From: an uncultured Actinomycetota bacterium
GTDB taxonomy: Bacteria > Actinomycetota > Thermoleophilia > Gaiellales > Gaiellaceae
Direction of reading: 5' to 3'
Assembly: GCA_963812555.1 (NCBI GenBank)
Contig: CAWEVP010000004.1
Span: forward strand, 163,736-227,735
DNA length: 64,000 nt
A model generated the notes under the pieces. It was not told where the DNA came from. It saw nothing but the letters and a program-made list of their open reading frames with translations, and ran no database searches. Positions 49,617 through 60,663 of the stretch are shown here, in pieces. Position 1 is the first letter of the stretch, and every line of letters starts with the position of its first letter. A program made the position numbers and the translations under genes.

Positions 49617-50381
49617 ATGAGCTTCAGAGTCAGTGCCGATGCCTACGACCGGTTCATGGGCCGGTACTCCGGGCCGCTCGCGCCCCAGCTCGCAGACCTG
49701 GCCGGGGTGAGCGAAGGGCAGAAGGCGCTCGACGTGGGGTGCGGGCCGGGCGCGTTGACTGCCGAGCTGGTGACCCGTCTGGGCACGGGCGCCGTGACGG
49801 CAGTGGACCCGTCCGACTCGTTTGTCGCGGCGGCACGCGAGCGCCACCCCGGCGTCGAGGTGCAGGGCGCCACGGCCGAGCGGCTTCCCTTCCCGGACGG
49901 GATCTTCGACGTCGCGCTCGCCCAGCTTGTCGTTCACTTCATGGCCGACCCGGTGGGCGGGCTGCGAGAGATGGCTCGCGTCACGCGGCGCGGCGGGGTC
50001 GTTGCGGCCTGCGTGTGGGATCACGGCGGCGGCGGCGAGGGCCCGCTGAGCGTCTTTTGGAGGGCGGCCCGGGAGCTCGATCCCCAGGTGCGCGACGAAT
50101 CGGCGCTTGCCGGGTCTGCCGAAGGGCAGCTGGCCGAGCTGTGCTCCCTGGCCGGCCTCCACCAGATCGAAGCGACGAGCCTCTCCGTCGTCGTCGAGCA
50201 CCCGACGTTCGAGGACTGGTGGCAGCCGTTCACGCTCGGAGTCGGCCCGGCCGGTTCCTACGCTGCCGGGCTCGACGACGCCGGCCGCAGCCGGCTCAGG
50301 GATCGCTGCAACGTCTACTTCCCGGATGAGCCCTTCGTTCTCACCGCGCGGGCGTGGGCAACGCGCGGCCTCGTTCCCTAA
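49617..50381 (+). CDS. class I SAM-dependent methyltransferase
   Basis: ALDVGCGPGALTAEL (motif I)...FDVALAQLVVHFMADP...RRGGVV. Confidence 0.82.
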   Translation: MSFRVSADAYDRFMGRYSGPLAPQLADLAGVSEGQKALDVGCGPGALTAELVTRLGTGAVTAVDPSDSFVAAARERHPGVEVQGATAERLPFPDGIFDVALAQLVVHFMADPVGGLREMARVTRRGGVVAACVWDHGGGGEGPLSVFWRAARELDPQVRDESALAGSAEGQLAELCSLAGLHQIEATSLSVVVEHPTFEDWWQPFTLGVGPAGSYAAGLDDAGRSRLRDRCNVYFPDEPFVLTARAWATRGLVP

Positions 50382-50460
50382 GAGCTCTCAAGAGCACGAC
50401 TCAAAATGAGAGTCACTGTCCAGGGCTCTCGGAGCGAATGGGAGTGACGCGCACTCATCG
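50379..50460. repeat. solo copy (beta) of the AAGAGC-headed repeat module
   Basis: TAAGAGCTCTCAAGAGCACGACTCAAAATGAGAGTCACTGTCCAGGGCTCTCGGAGCGAATGGGAGTGAC aligns with 60666-60730. It begins at the methyltransferase stop codon. Confidence 0.7.
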
Positions 50461-50483
50461 TGAGCCGAGCTCCAACCCGCGGG

Positions 50484-51305
50484 TCAGACGTCTCGGCGGA
50501 CGAGCAAAACCGCTGCCGTCGCTACGACGAGCGCCGTGTAGCCGACGAAGAGCGCAAAGCCCGGCCAGGGCGAGAGGTCGTGCGGGCCGTGGAAGATGGC
50601 GAAGATGTCCCGCCCGGCGCTGCTCGGGAGATACTCGGAGATCGCGTTGTTCCAATCCGCGGGAAGGATGTCGAGGAGCGGCGGGATCACGAAGAAGATC
50701 GCGACGAACGCACCGATCCCGCCCGCCGTGTTGCGCGTGATCGCGCCGAGCCCGAGCGCGAACACGCCGATCACGGTGAGGTACACCGCCCCGCCCAGGA
50801 TGGTCCGAGGCACGCCCGGCGCGGTGAAGGAGATCTTCAGGATCTGGTGAGAGCCGAGGATCGCCTGGGTGGCGAAGAAGTCGATGAGGACGCAGGGGAT
50901 CGTGACGGCCAGCGCCACCGCGGCGAAGACGGCCACCTTCGCCCAGAGGACGGGGAGCCGGCGGGGCACGGCGCCGATCGTCGAGCGGATCATGCCGGTC
51001 GAGTACTCGCTACTGATGAAGAGGACGCCGAGAACCCCGAGCGCAAGCTGTGAGAGGTTCACGCCGACAAGCGCGATCGTGACCGGGTTACGAGCGAGCT
51101 GGTCCTCGAGCGACATGTGACTCCAGCGGACGACGGTGACGACGGCGGCGAGGCAGGAAAACCCGATCGTCAGCGCGATCGCAGCGAATAGCGACCAGAC
51201 CGTCGAGCGGAGCGATCGGAACTTCGTCCACTCGGACCGGATGACGCGAAGCTGGGTGACACGGAGCTGCGAGGCCCAGGCGGGATCGACCGGAGCCGCC
51301 GTCAT
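50484..51305 (-). CDS. ABC-2 type transporter permease
   Basis: 273 aa with 6 TM segments and an ABC-2/DrrB-like topology. No ATPase gene is adjacent. Confidence 0.75.
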   Translation of the reverse strand: MTAAPVDPAWASQLRVTQLRVIRSEWTKFRSLRSTVWSLFAAIALTIGFSCLAAVVTVVRWSHMSLEDQLARNPVTIALVGVNLSQLALGVLGVLFISSEYSTGMIRSTIGAVPRRLPVLWAKVAVFAAVALAVTIPCVLIDFFATQAILGSHQILKISFTAPGVPRTILGGAVYLTVIGVFALGLGAITRNTAGGIGAFVAIFFVIPPLLDILPADWNNAISEYLPSSAGRDIFAIFHGPHDLSPWPGFALFVGYTALVVATAAVLLVRRDV

Positions 51306-51416
51306 TCGAGCTCGATCACGTAGGCGGCCATGTCCTGACAGGGTATTCGCCGCCCCGCTCCTGATGCCGGGCGAGCGCCGCCGGGCTCCGGGGCCTGACA
51401 GACCGCCGCGGACGAC

Positions 51417-52868
51417 TCAGGCTGCCGCCGGCGCGTCGGCCGCGAGGTAACGGTCGACTGCCTGCGCACAGCGGCGGCCCTCGTTGATCGCCCACACGAT
51501 CAGCGACTGGCCGCGGCGGGCATCCCCGGCAGCGAAGACCCCGTCGACGGATGCCGCGTAGGCCGGGGCCCTCACGTTGCTGCGCTCGTCGCGATCGACG
51601 CCGAGCTGCTCCAGTAGGCCCCCTTCGGGGCCGAGGAAGCCCATCGCCAGCAGGACGAGGCCGGCGGGGTGGGTCTCCTCCGTGCCCTCCACGAGCGCGA
51701 ACGGGGGCGTACCGCTGTTCTGCGCCCAGTGGATCTGCTCGACGCGCCCGTTCGAGCCTGAGAGCGCCGTCGTCGAGATCGCGAAGTCGCGCTCGCCGCC
51801 CTCCTTGAGCGCATAGGGGACCCTGAGCTTCATCGGCCAGCGGGGCCAGGGCGTCACGTCGTCCGGCCTCGAGGCGGGTGGCTCGCCGATCAGCTCGATC
51901 TGCGTCACCGACCCGGCACCTTCGCGGTGGGCGTTCGCGACGCAGTCGGCGCCCGTATCGCCGCCGCCGATCACGATCACGTGCTTCCCGGCGGCAGTGA
52001 TCACGCTCGCACCCTCCGGAAGGCCGGGGGCGCCTTCGGGCGCCTCGCCGAGCTCGCGCGCGACGAACCGGTTGCGCTGGGCCAGGTACTCCATCGCGAA
52101 GTGGACGCCGTCGAGCTCGCGGCCCGGCACCGGCAGGTCGCGCGGTACGCGCGAGCCGGTGGCGACGACTACGGCATCGTGCCTCGCCCGCAGCTCGCCG
52201 GCCTCCAGATCGACTCCGACCTCGATGCCGAAGCGCAGCTCGACCCCTTCGGCCTCGAGCTGCCTCACGCGCCGCTCGACGATCCACTTCTCGATCTTGA
52301 AGTCCGGGACGCCGAACCGGACGAGCCCGCCGCCCGCCTCGTCGCGCTCGTAGAGCGTCACGGCATGGCCGGCCCGGCGCAGCTGCTGGGCGCATGCGAG
52401 CCCGGCCGGCCCCGCTCCTACGACCGCCACCGATCGTCCGCTCTCGGTTGCAGGCGGCCGGGGCACGATCCACCCCTCCTCCCAGGCGCGATTGACGATC
52501 GCAAGCTCGATCTGCTTGATCGTCACCGACTCGCCCTCGCGAATCTCGAGCACGCAGGCGGCCTCGCACGGAGCGGGGCACAGACGTCCGGTGAACTCCG
52601 GGAAGTTGTTCGTGCGGTGGAGCTGCTCGATCGCCTGCTCCCAGCGGTCGCGATAGACGAGGTCGTTCCAGTCCGGGATCAGGTTGTTCACAGGGCAGCC
52701 GTTGTGGCAGAACGGCACCCCGCACTCCATGCAGCGGGCGCCCTGCTCGGCGAGCGCTGGGCCCGAGAGGGTCTGGACGAACTCGCGGTAGTCGTGGACG
52801 CGTTCGGCCGGATTGCGCTCGGGGCCCTCGACCCGGTCGAGCTTCAGGAAGCCGCCGAGCTGGCCCAT
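51417..52868 (-). CDS. gltD: glutamate synthase (NADPH) small subunit
   Basis: [17 protein letters not shown] Fe-S motifs, [14 protein letters not shown] and [11 protein letters not shown] dinucleotide folds. Confidence 0.95.
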   Translation of the reverse strand: MGQLGGFLKLDRVEGPERNPAERVHDYREFVQTLSGPALAEQGARCMECGVPFCHNGCPVNNLIPDWNDLVYRDRWEQAIEQLHRTNNFPEFTGRLCPAPCEAACVLEIREGESVTIKQIELAIVNRAWEEGWIVPRPPATESGRSVAVVGAGPAGLACAQQLRRAGHAVTLYERDEAGGGLVRFGVPDFKIEKWIVERRVRQLEAEGVELRFGIEVGVDLEAGELRARHDAVVVATGSRVPRDLPVPGRELDGVHFAMEYLAQRNRFVARELGEAPEGAPGLPEGASVITAAGKHVIVIGGGDTGADCVANAHREGAGSVTQIELIGEPPASRPDDVTPWPRWPMKLRVPYALKEGGERDFAISTTALSGSNGRVEQIHWAQNSGTPPFALVEGTEETHPAGLVLLAMGFLGPEGGLLEQLGVDRDERSNVRAPAYAASVDGVFAAGDARRGQSLIVWAINEGRRCAQAVDRYLAADAPAAA

Positions 52869-55800
52869 CAGGCCGCCGTCCCGCTCTCGACCTCCGCGGT
52901 GACGAACCCTTCGCCTCCGCTCGAGATCGGACGGTCGTCAGGGAACGTGATCGATGTGCCGTCCGCGATCGCGGCCAGGGCGGCGCGGTAGTCGCGCGGC
53001 ATCACCTTGACGAACGGCTGCTCGTCGAAGCGCTCGAGCACGCGGGCGGCGACGGGCGAGCCGGTCCGCTCCAGATGCTCCTCGACGAGGCCGCGAACGA
53101 GCTCGGCATCCGTCTCGTCCATGCGCTCGAGCTCGACGAGCTCGTGGTTGCACCGCGTCGCGAAGGCGCCGTCGGTGTCGAGCACGTAGGCGATGCCACC
53201 GCTCATCCCGGCGGCGAAGTTGCGCCCCGTCTTCCCGAGCACGACCACGTGGCCGCCTGTCATGTATTCGCACCCGTGATCGCCGACGCCCTCGACGACG
53301 GCGTCGGCGCCCGAGTTTCGGACACCAAATCGCTCGCCCGCTAGGCCGCGGAAGAATGCCTTGCCTCGGGTGGCGCCGTAGAGAACCGTGTTGCCGACGA
53401 TCACGTTCTCCTCCGCCGCGAACGTCGACTGCGCGGCCGGACGCACCGCGAAGGTGCCGCCCGAGAGGCCCTTGCCGGCGTAGTCGTTCGCCTCACCGAG
53501 GAGCGTCAGCTCGACGCCCGGTGCGAGCCAGGCGCCGAACGACTGCCCCGCCGACCCGTGCAGCGTGAACTTGATCGTCCCGGCGGGAAGCCCCGCCGCG
53601 CCCTTCGCGACCGTGATCGCATTCGAGAGGAGGCCGCCGATCGCACGGTTGACGTTGCGGACCGCCAGCTCGCCCGTCACCGGCGTCCCCTCCGCGATCG
53701 CAGCGCGGGAGCGTTCGATGAGCTCCCAATCGAGCGCTCCCGCGAGTGGAGACTCCTGCGCCTTCGTCCGCCGGCGCGGCGTTCCCGCGGGCGCGTCGGG
53801 GAGCAGGAGCAGGTTCGCGAGGTCGATCCCGCGTGCCTTCCAGTGATCGACGGCATCGTCGGCCTCGAGCAGGTCGACCCGGCCCACGAGGTCCTCGAAC
53901 CTGGCGACGCCCAGCTCGGCCATGATCTGACGGGCCTCCTCGGCGACGAAGAAGAAGAAGTTGACGACGTGCTCCGGCGTTCCGGCGAACCGGCGGCGCA
54001 GCACGGGGTCCTGCGTCGCCACGCCGACGGGGCACGTGTTCAGGTGGCAGGCGCGCATCATCACGCAGCCCGTCGCGACGAGCGGCGCCGTCGAGAAGCC
54101 CATCTCGTCGGCGCCCAGGAGCGCCGCGATCACGACGTCGCGGCCGGTCTTGAGCTGGCCGTCGGTCTGCACCCAGATCCGCGAGCGCAGGTCGTTCATC
54201 ACGAGCGTCTGCTGGGTCTCCGCGAGCCCGATCTCCCACGGGATCCCCGCGTAGTGCACGGAGGTGAGCGGCGAGGCGCCGGTGCCGCCGTCGTGCCCGG
54301 AGATCAGGACGTGATCGGCATTGCACTTCGCGACGCCGGCCGCGACCGTCCCGACGCCCATCTCGGCGACGAGCTTGACCGACACCTGAGCCCGCGGGTT
54401 CGCGCAGCGCAGGTCGTAGATCAGCTGCTTCAGGTCCTCGATCGAGTAGATGTCGTGGTGCGGGGGAGGTGAGATCAGGCCCACTCCCGGCGTCGTGTAG
54501 CGGATCTTCGCGATATACGGGTCGACCTTGTGGCCGGGCAGCTGGCCGCCCTCGCCGGGCTTTGCACCCTGTGCCATCTTGATCTGCAGCTGGTCGGCGT
54601 TCGTCAGGTAGTTGATGTCGACCCCGAAGCGGCCCGAGGCGACCTGCTTGATCGCCGACCGCCGCGAGTCGCCGTTCGCGTCGCGGATGTAGCGGACCGG
54701 ATCCTCGCCGCCCTCGCCCGTGTTCGACCTGCCGCCCAGGCGGTTCATCGCGATCGCGAGCGTCTCGTGGGCTTCGCGTGAGAGCGAGCCGAGTGACATC
54801 GCGCCGGTGGAGAAGCGCTTCACGATCTCGACGGCCGGCTCGACCTCCTCGAGCGGGATCGGTGCCTGCCCGCCGCGGAAGCGCAGGAGGCCGCGGATCG
54901 TCGCCTTCCTGGTCGCCTCCTCGTTGATCAGGCGAGAGAACTCCTCGTAGGAGGCGTAGCCGCCGTGGCGCACCGCGTGCTGCAGGAGCGCGATCGACTC
55001 GGGGTTCCACTGGTGGTACTCGCCCTCGTTTCGCCAGGCATAGACGCCGCCGAGCGGCAGCAGGTTGCCGTACGTGGCGGGGTAGGCACGGGCGTGCCGG
55101 TCGAGGGCCTCGCGCGCGAGCACCGCGGTGCCGATGCCTCCGATCCGCGAGGGCGTGCCCGTGAAGTGGCGGTCGACGAGCTCGTGCTCCAGCCCGACCG
55201 CCTCGAAGATCTGGGCGCCGCAGTACGACGGGATCGTCGAGATGCCCATCTTGGAGATCGTCTTCAGAAGGCCCTTTGCGATCCCCTTGATCGCGCGTGC
55301 CTGTGCCTCCTCGGCCGTCATCGCCTCGGGCAGCCAGCCTTGCGAGACGAGCTCGGCGAGCGTCTCGAGCATGACGTACGGGTTGATCGCCGCCGCCCCG
55401 TATCCGATCAGCGTCGCGAACTGATGCACGTCGCGGGGCTCGCCAGACTCGATCACGAGCCCGGCCTGCAGGCGGGTTCCCTCCCGCACGAGATGATGGT
55501 GCACCGAAGAGACGGCGAGGAGCGCGGGGATCGGGGCCCGGTCGCTGCCGACGCGGCGGTCGGAGAGGATCACGATGTTGACGCCGTCGGCAAGGGCCTC
55601 GTCGGCCTCGCGGCAGATGCGTGCGAGCGCCCCATCGAGGCCGTCGGTGCCTTCGGCAACTGGCCAGGTGATGTCGATCGTGTGCGCCTTGAAGACGTCC
55701 GAGTCGACCTGCCGGAGCGCCTCGAGCTCCTTGTCCCGGAGGATCGGCTGCGGCATCACGAGCTGGCGCGCGTGCTCCGGCGACTCCCCGAGCAGGTTTC

Positions 55801-57502
55801 GCTCGGAGCCGACACTCGTCGAGACGCTCATCACGACCGCCTCGCGCGTCGAGTCGATCGGCGGGTTCGTGACCTGCGCGAAGAGCTGCTTGAAGTAGCT
55901 GTAGAGGAGCGGCCGCTGCTCGGAGAGGACGGCGAGGGCGAGGTCGTTGCCCATCGAGCCGATCGCCTCCTCGGCATTCCGGGCGAGTGGCGTCAGGATC
56001 ACCTTCAGGTCTTCCTGCGAGTAGCCGAACGCCAGCTGCTTCGCGCGGAGCGGCTCGACACGCGGCACGCGCGGCGGGCGCTCCGGAAGATCTGAGAGGT
56101 GCACGACGCCCCGCTCGAACCACTCGCCGTAGGGCTGAGCGCTTGCGATCCGGTGCTTGAGCTCGCCGTCCTCGACGATCCGGCCCTGCTCGATGTCGAC
56201 CAGGAAGAGGTTCCCGGGCTGAAGCCGCCCCTTGCGAAGGACGTTCTCCGCGGGCTCGTCGAGCACCCCGGCCTCGGAGGCGAGGACGACCCACCCGTCC
56301 TTCGTCTCGAGCCAGCGGCCCGGCCGCAAGCCGTTGCGATCGAGCGTCGCGCCGATCACCGTGCCGTCGGTGAACGAGATCGACGCCGGCCCGTCCCACG
56401 GCTCGGTCAGGCAGCTGTGGAACGCATAGAAGCCTTTGAGCTCGTCGGGCAGGTCGTCGCGGCCGTCGTAGGCCTCGGGGATCATCATCATCATCGCGTG
56501 CGGGAGCGAGCGCCCGGCCAGCACGAGCAGCTCCAGCACGTTGTCGAAGTTCGCCGTGTCCGACCCGCTCGGCTTGACGACCGGAAGCACCTTCTTCAGG
56601 TCGTCGCCGAAGAGCTCGGACGCAAGCTGAGATTCGCGCGCACGCATCCAGTTGACGTTCCCGCGCACGGTGTTGATCTCGCCGTTATGGGCGATCATCC
56701 GGTACGGGTGGGCGAGCTCCCAGCTCGGGAACGTGTTGGTCGAGAAGCGCGAGTGGATCAGGACGAGGGCGCTCTTCATCTGCTCGTCGCGCAGGTCGGG
56801 GTAGCAGGGCCCGAGCTGGGGCGCCATCAGCATCCCCTTGTAGACGACCGTCTTCGCCGAGAAGCTCGGGACGATCAGCTCGGGCCCGGCGACGTTCTCG
56901 GCCACGCGCCGAATCACGTAGAGCTTGCGCTCGAACGCGTCGCGGTCGTGGGCGAGCTCGGGCGAGGCGGCGACGAGGAGCTGTCGCACGATCGGTGCGA
57001 CCTCGCGGGCCGAGGTGCCGATCGTGTCGAGCTCCATCGGCACATCGCGCCAGCAAATGACACGCTGGCCCTCGGCCTCGACGGCTTCGACCAGGATCCG
57101 CTGGAGCTCGACGCGCCGCTCGGTGTCCTCGCGGGGAAGGAAGCAGACGGCGACACCGTAGGCGCCCGGCGGCGGGAGTTCCTCGGCGACGGCGACGCGG
57201 AAGAACTCGTCCGGGAGCTGCAGCAGCATGCCGGCGCCGTCCCCGGTGAGCGGATCGGCACCCGTCGCGCCCCGGTGCTCGAGGTTGTCGAGCACCGACA
57301 GCGCCCGCACGAGCGTCTCATGGGTCGGAACGCCGCTCAGGCGGGCGACGAACGCGACGCCGCAGGAGTCGTGCTCGAAGGCGGGGTCATAGAGGCCGAC
57401 CGGCTCGGTTGGGCGACTGCGCACAGGGGTGGCGGGCCCGGCCGCTCTCTCCGGTCGAATGTCCTTGTTTAGGTTGTGTGACGGGGTGGCGCTATGCGTC
57501 AC
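52868..57502 (-). CDS. gltB: glutamate synthase large subunit
   Basis: 1544-aa uninterrupted ORF. Ntn amidotransferase start ...[17 protein letters not shown]/3Fe-4S central domain, and GXGXG C-terminal domain. The exact start is uncertain (GTG57502 lacks an SD). Confidence 0.95.
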   Translation of the reverse strand: MTHSATPSHNLNKDIRPERAAGPATPVRSRPTEPVGLYDPAFEHDSCGVAFVARLSGVPTHETLVRALSVLDNLEHRGATGADPLTGDGAGMLLQLPDEFFRVAVAEELPPPGAYGVAVCFLPREDTERRVELQRILVEAVEAEGQRVICWRDVPMELDTIGTSAREVAPIVRQLLVAASPELAHDRDAFERKLYVIRRVAENVAGPELIVPSFSAKTVVYKGMLMAPQLGPCYPDLRDEQMKSALVLIHSRFSTNTFPSWELAHPYRMIAHNGEINTVRGNVNWMRARESQLASELFGDDLKKVLPVVKPSGSDTANFDNVLELLVLAGRSLPHAMMMMIPEAYDGRDDLPDELKGFYAFHSCLTEPWDGPASISFTDGTVIGATLDRNGLRPGRWLETKDGWVVLASEAGVLDEPAENVLRKGRLQPGNLFLVDIEQGRIVEDGELKHRIASAQPYGEWFERGVVHLSDLPERPPRVPRVEPLRAKQLAFGYSQEDLKVILTPLARNAEEAIGSMGNDLALAVLSEQRPLLYSYFKQLFAQVTNPPIDSTREAVVMSVSTSVGSERNLLGESPEHARQLVMPQPILRDKELEALRQVDSDVFKAHTIDITWPVAEGTDGLDGALARICREADEALADGVNIVILSDRRVGSDRAPIPALLAVSSVHHHLVREGTRLQAGLVIESGEPRDVHQFATLIGYGAAAINPYVMLETLAELVSQGWLPEAMTAEEAQARAIKGIAKGLLKTISKMGISTIPSYCGAQIFEAVGLEHELVDRHFTGTPSRIGGIGTAVLAREALDRHARAYPATYGNLLPLGGVYAWRNEGEYHQWNPESIALLQHAVRHGGYASYEEFSRLINEEATRKATIRGLLRFRGGQAPIPLEEVEPAVEIVKRFSTGAMSLGSLSREAHETLAIAMNRLGGRSNTGEGGEDPVRYIRDANGDSRRSAIKQVASGRFGVDINYLTNADQLQIKMAQGAKPGEGGQLPGHKVDPYIAKIRYTTPGVGLISPPPHHDIYSIEDLKQLIYDLRCANPRAQVSVKLVAEMGVGTVAAGVAKCNADHVLISGHDGGTGASPLTSVHYAGIPWEIGLAETQQTLVMNDLRSRIWVQTDGQLKTGRDVVIAALLGADEMGFSTAPLVATGCVMMRACHLNTCPVGVATQDPVLRRRFAGTPEHVVNFFFFVAEEARQIMAELGVARFEDLVGRVDLLEADDAVDHWKARGIDLANLLLLPDAPAGTPRRRTKAQESPLAGALDWELIERSRAAIAEGTPVTGELAVRNVNRAIGGLLSNAITVAKGAAGLPAGTIKFTLHGSAGQSFGAWLAPGVELTLLGEANDYAGKGLSGGTFAVRPAAQSTFAAEENVIVGNTVLYGATRGKAFFRGLAGERFGVRNSGADAVVEGVGDHGCEYMTGGHVVVLGKTGRNFAAGMSGGIAYVLDTDGAFATRCNHELVELERMDETDAELVRGLVEEHLERTGSPVAARVLERFDEQPFVKVMPRDYRAALAAIADGTSITFPDDRPISSGGEGFVTAEVESGTAA

Positions 57503-57546
57503 AGGAGGGCCTTTCGGATGGAAAGTCCCCCGCCGCTTCTTGTGTC

Positions 57547-57581
57547 CTAGTCGGCGGGGCGGGAAACGAATCGCCGACTAG
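57547..57581. promoter_or_regulatory. perfect 10-bp inverted repeat CTAGTCGGCG-N15-CGCCGACTAG in the gltB / 57719 divergent region
   Basis: The arms are at 57547-57556 and 57572-57581, ~45-80 nt upstream of the annotated gltB start. Confidence 0.4.
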
Positions 57582-57718
57582 CGGGCAGCCTTCGAGCGCG
57601 CCTTGGCAGCATTGTCCTTCACGATCACCGAGGCGGAAGCGGCCATTGCTTCAAAGAGGATAGGAAGAACCGGCGCGCGCCGCAAGTTGGAGGTGTTCGC
57701 GACCGCCATAATCAAGCG

Positions 57719-58528
57719 ATGATCGAAGCCGAGCCGATCCCCCTCGACCCCGAGGCTGCCCTGGATGACGACGTCATCCGGTTCTACAACCTCGCGAAGA
57801 GGGCGGAGTGGATGGTGCGCGATCTTCCCTGGGGAGAGCGGTCGCCGATCCCCGAGCTGAGAGGCTCACCGCAGCGTCAGGCCCGCCGGCGGGACGTCTG
57901 GCGATCGGTCATCACCCAGCAGCTCCAGGCCGATGAGCTCGCCGTCGAGATGGCGACGCAGCTCTTCTCGATGGCGGGCCACCCGAGCGCGAAGCTGTAC
58001 TACACGACGATGGTGCAGGACGAGTCGCGCCATACGGAGGCGTGGCTGAAGCTCGTGGCCGAGTCAGGAGGGCAGGGCGAGCGCGACCCGTACCTCGACC
58101 AGATGGGCAAGATCGTGATCGAGGCCGAGACGCTCGAGGAGAAGGTCTTCCTGATGCAGGTCTTCTTCGAGCGGCTGATCATCCCCAAGTTCAAGCTGAT
58201 CGCGAAGTCCTCGCCCGGCACGGTGCTCGAGGACCTCTGCGTGAGGCTCGCGATCGACGACGGCATCCACCACGGCGCCGGCGTCGCGTACGAGAGGATC
58301 CTGCTCCGCGAGACGGGGAAGAAGACGAAGGGCAAGCTCGTCATCGCGGCCAACAAGCTGCTTCCCGTCTTCGTCTCTCACGAGCTCTGGCGGCCGAAGG
58401 AGCGCGCGTGGATCGGCGATGCGATGCGCTCCGCCGACATCGCGAGGCTTCGCAGCGAGGTCGACCACGGCGTGCGGCTCGCACGCTCGCTCGGGATCGA
58501 CGTCGGCGAGGTCGTTCTTCCCTTCTAG
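57719..58528 (+). CDS. ferritin-like diiron-carboxylate protein (AurF / R2-like oxidase-type architecture)
   Basis: Two E...(D/E)xxH half-sites: ELAVEMATQ...VQDESRHTEAW and VFFERL...AIDDGIHHG. 269 aa. Confidence 0.65.
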   Translation: MIEAEPIPLDPEAALDDDVIRFYNLAKRAEWMVRDLPWGERSPIPELRGSPQRQARRRDVWRSVITQQLQADELAVEMATQLFSMAGHPSAKLYYTTMVQDESRHTEAWLKLVAESGGQGERDPYLDQMGKIVIEAETLEEKVFLMQVFFERLIIPKFKLIAKSSPGTVLEDLCVRLAIDDGIHHGAGVAYERILLRETGKKTKGKLVIAANKLLPVFVSHELWRPKERAWIGDAMRSADIARLRSEVDHGVRLARSLGIDVGEVVLPF

Positions 58529-58591
58529 CTCTCTCGATCGGCGCTCGGCGGCGGAAGCCTCACGTTCTCGGAGACCCGGGGTAGCGACGTT

Positions 58592-59329
58592 CTAGGCGCT
58601 GCCGGGTGGGGTGATCGACGCGGCGAGCCCGGCCGGGAATTTGATGTGCTCGGGCGCGATCAGGGGCTTGCCCACGTCGAGCTGGATCTGGGCCGTGGCC
58701 GTGAGCGGGATCGCCGCCGGGTTGCCCGTCCAGTCCTTCCCGTCGTAGAACGCCGTCACTGTTCCCTTCTTGGGGCCGACCTGCGTGCGCGAGAGCTTCT
58801 GGCCCCATACCGCGAAGAACTGGCCGAGCGTGTAGGTCTTGAGCACCGGCGACTCGATGTGGATCACGCCGTCGGCCACGTGCGTGTGCAGCCACATGAA
58901 GCAGCTGCCCGACTCGACGAATGCGCCTGCGGGCGTCCGTACGCCGCCGAGTGGCGGGCCGATGCCGATCCCATAGGGCACCTGGAAGGCCTTGCCCTCG
59001 ACGAAGATCGTCAGGTGGGCGTGGATGTGGTAGGCGACCTTCTCGGCGCTCTGGCACGTGATCCCGTCGATGGTCTCGCCGAGGAACACTGCGGTTGGCA
59101 GGGCGAGCGCCGGTCCCTTCGGAATCGGGACCTGCTCCGGCCCAACCTTGCCGGGTGACGGCGCTGCCACCAGGTGGCCGGCCTTCGAGAGCGGCGCCAC
59201 GGGCAGCTTCGCCTGGGCCGGCGCCGCGATGGAGATGGCGAGCGCGCCGGCGAGAAGCGCGATCCCGAGGCGGCCTCTCGAGGTGGGCCAGGCCGACACG
59301 CCGGGTTGCAGTCTGCGGTTCCGGGCCAT
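58592..59329 (-). CDS. secreted protein of unknown function
   Basis: N-terminal signal-like segment RGRLGIALLAGALAISIAAPAQA. His-rich central motifs (YHIHAHL, WLHTHVADGVIHIE). Confidence 0.6.
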   Translation of the reverse strand: MARNRRLQPGVSAWPTSRGRLGIALLAGALAISIAAPAQAKLPVAPLSKAGHLVAAPSPGKVGPEQVPIPKGPALALPTAVFLGETIDGITCQSAEKVAYHIHAHLTIFVEGKAFQVPYGIGIGPPLGGVRTPAGAFVESGSCFMWLHTHVADGVIHIESPVLKTYTLGQFFAVWGQKLSRTQVGPKKGTVTAFYDGKDWTGNPAAIPLTATAQIQLDVGKPLIAPEHIKFPAGLAASITPPGSA

Positions 59330-59441
59330 CCAGGGTCATCGTATTCATCTGCAGGTCAGGCTTGCTTGGTGAGCCCTAGCCCGGGGCGATTCGCAATAGT
59401 TTAGCTTGCACTTACGTTAGAGATCACTTACACTTGCGAGC

Positions 59442-59762
59442 ATGGAGACCGCACTCAAGGCCATCGCCGAGCCGCACCGCCGCCGGATCCTCTCGCTCGT
59501 GCGCGAGCAAGAGCTGTCCGCGGGGGAGATCGCCTCGCACTTCGAGGTCACGCGGCCCGCGGTCTCACAGCACCTGACCGTCTTGAGGGAGGCCGGGCTC
59601 GTGGACGAGCGACGAAACGGCACCAGGCGCCTGTACCGGGCCCGCCCCGAGGGGCTCGCCGAGTTGAAGGAGTTCCTCGACGCGTTCTGGGGGGGCCGGC
59701 TCGAGGCGCTCAAGCGAGAGGCCGAGCGAGAGGAGAGGAAGAAGCATGGAAAGCACGACTGA
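59442..59762 (+). CDS. ArsR/SmtB-family transcriptional regulator
   Basis: LKAIAEPHRRRILSLV...ELSAGEIASHFEVTRPAVSQHLTVLREAGLV is a wHTH signature. Confidence 0.9.
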   Translation: METALKAIAEPHRRRILSLVREQELSAGEIASHFEVTRPAVSQHLTVLREAGLVDERRNGTRRLYRARPEGLAELKEFLDAFWGGRLEALKREAEREERKKHGKHD

Positions 59763-60210
59763 AGGGCTTGTCGTCCAGCGCGAGATCGAGATCGCGGCGA
59801 GCCCCGAGACCGTCTGGGGGCTCCTCGTCGATCCGGACAAGGCGCAGGCGTGGTGGGGACAGGAGATAACGCTCGAGCCGACACCGGGCGGGACGCTGCG
59901 GATCGTGGTCACGCCCCGGAGCATTGCCCGCGGCGAGATCGTCGAGCTCGATCCGCCCCGCCGGCTCGTGTACACGTTCGGCTGGGAGGTAGGCGGCGGC
60001 GGGCCCGAGCTCGTGCCGCCCGGCTCCTCGACGGTCGAGATCGAGCTGACCGCGACGAGCTCGGGCACGACGCTCCGGCTCGTGCATCGCGGGCTCCCCG
60101 ACGAGGGGTCGGCCGTGAGCCACGACGAGGGCTGGGAGCACTACATCGGCCGGCTCGCCGTTGTCGCCGACGGCGGCGATCCCGGGCCCGATCCCTGGGC
60201 GGCCGGCTAG
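59746..60210 (+). CDS. SRPBCC/AHSA1 (START-like) domain protein
   Basis: It overlaps the arsR end. REIEIAASPETVWGLLVDPDKAQAWWG is a typical AHSA1 start. ArsR-AHSA1 pairing is common. Confidence 0.8.
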   Translation: MESTTEGLVVQREIEIAASPETVWGLLVDPDKAQAWWGQEITLEPTPGGTLRIVVTPRSIARGEIVELDPPRRLVYTFGWEVGGGGPELVPPGSSTVEIELTATSSGTTLRLVHRGLPDEGSAVSHDEGWEHYIGRLAVVADGGDPGPDPWAAG

Positions 60211-60295
60211 CGCGCGTAACAGTGTGGAGACCGTCCGGTTTCGCCGGGCAGGGCTCCCTTACGGTGGAAAAACGCAAACAGAAAGGGAGACGACG

Positions 60296-60589
60296 ATGGC
60301 GAAGTACGTCTACATCTACACGGGCGGCGGAAGGCCCGAGAGCGAAGAGGAGGGCAAGCGGCTGATGGAGGCCTGGGGAGGCTTCCTCGGCGGCCTCGGC
60401 GACTCGATCGTCGACGGTGGCGCTCCGTTCGGCGCCTCGACCGCGGTGAACGGCAACGGGACCGCCGGCGCGACCGGGTACACGATCATCAACGCTTCGA
60501 GCCTCGAGGATGCCGTCCAGAAGACGAGCGGCTGCCCGATCTTCGCGAGCGGCGGCGACGTGGAGGTGTACGAAACGATCGAGATGTAG
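60296..60589 (+). CDS. YCII-like small protein
   Basis: MAKYVYIYTGG...GYTIINASSLEDAVQKTSGCPIF...VEVYETIE, with GGGAGA 6 nt upstream. Confidence 0.6.
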   Translation: MAKYVYIYTGGGRPESEEEGKRLMEAWGGFLGGLGDSIVDGGAPFGASTAVNGNGTAGATGYTIINASSLEDAVQKTSGCPIFASGGDVEVYETIEM

Positions 60590-60611
60590 GTCGTTCGAGG
60601 CTCAGTCGAGC

Positions 60612-60649
60612 GTGGGGGCGGCCCGGCTTTCCGTCCGGGCCGCCCCCAC
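60612..60649 (+). terminator. perfect 15-bp GC hairpin after the YCII-like gene
   Basis: GTGGGGGCGGCCCGG-ctttccgt-CCGGGCCGCCCCCAC, 22 nt after the stop. No obvious U-tract. Confidence 0.6.
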
Positions 60650-60663
60650 GAGCTCTTTGGACC

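Noticed and set aside
57512-57532. GGAAAGTCC, reminiscent of the RNase P RNA CR-I motif
   Set aside because: An isolated 9-mer in a 215-bp spacer. None of the other conserved RNase P regions or the required length is present.
59340-59441. Direct CACTTAC repeats upstream of arsR as an operator
   Set aside because: Only two 7-mers, without the dyad symmetry expected for ArsR/SmtB sites. Too weak to report as a feature.
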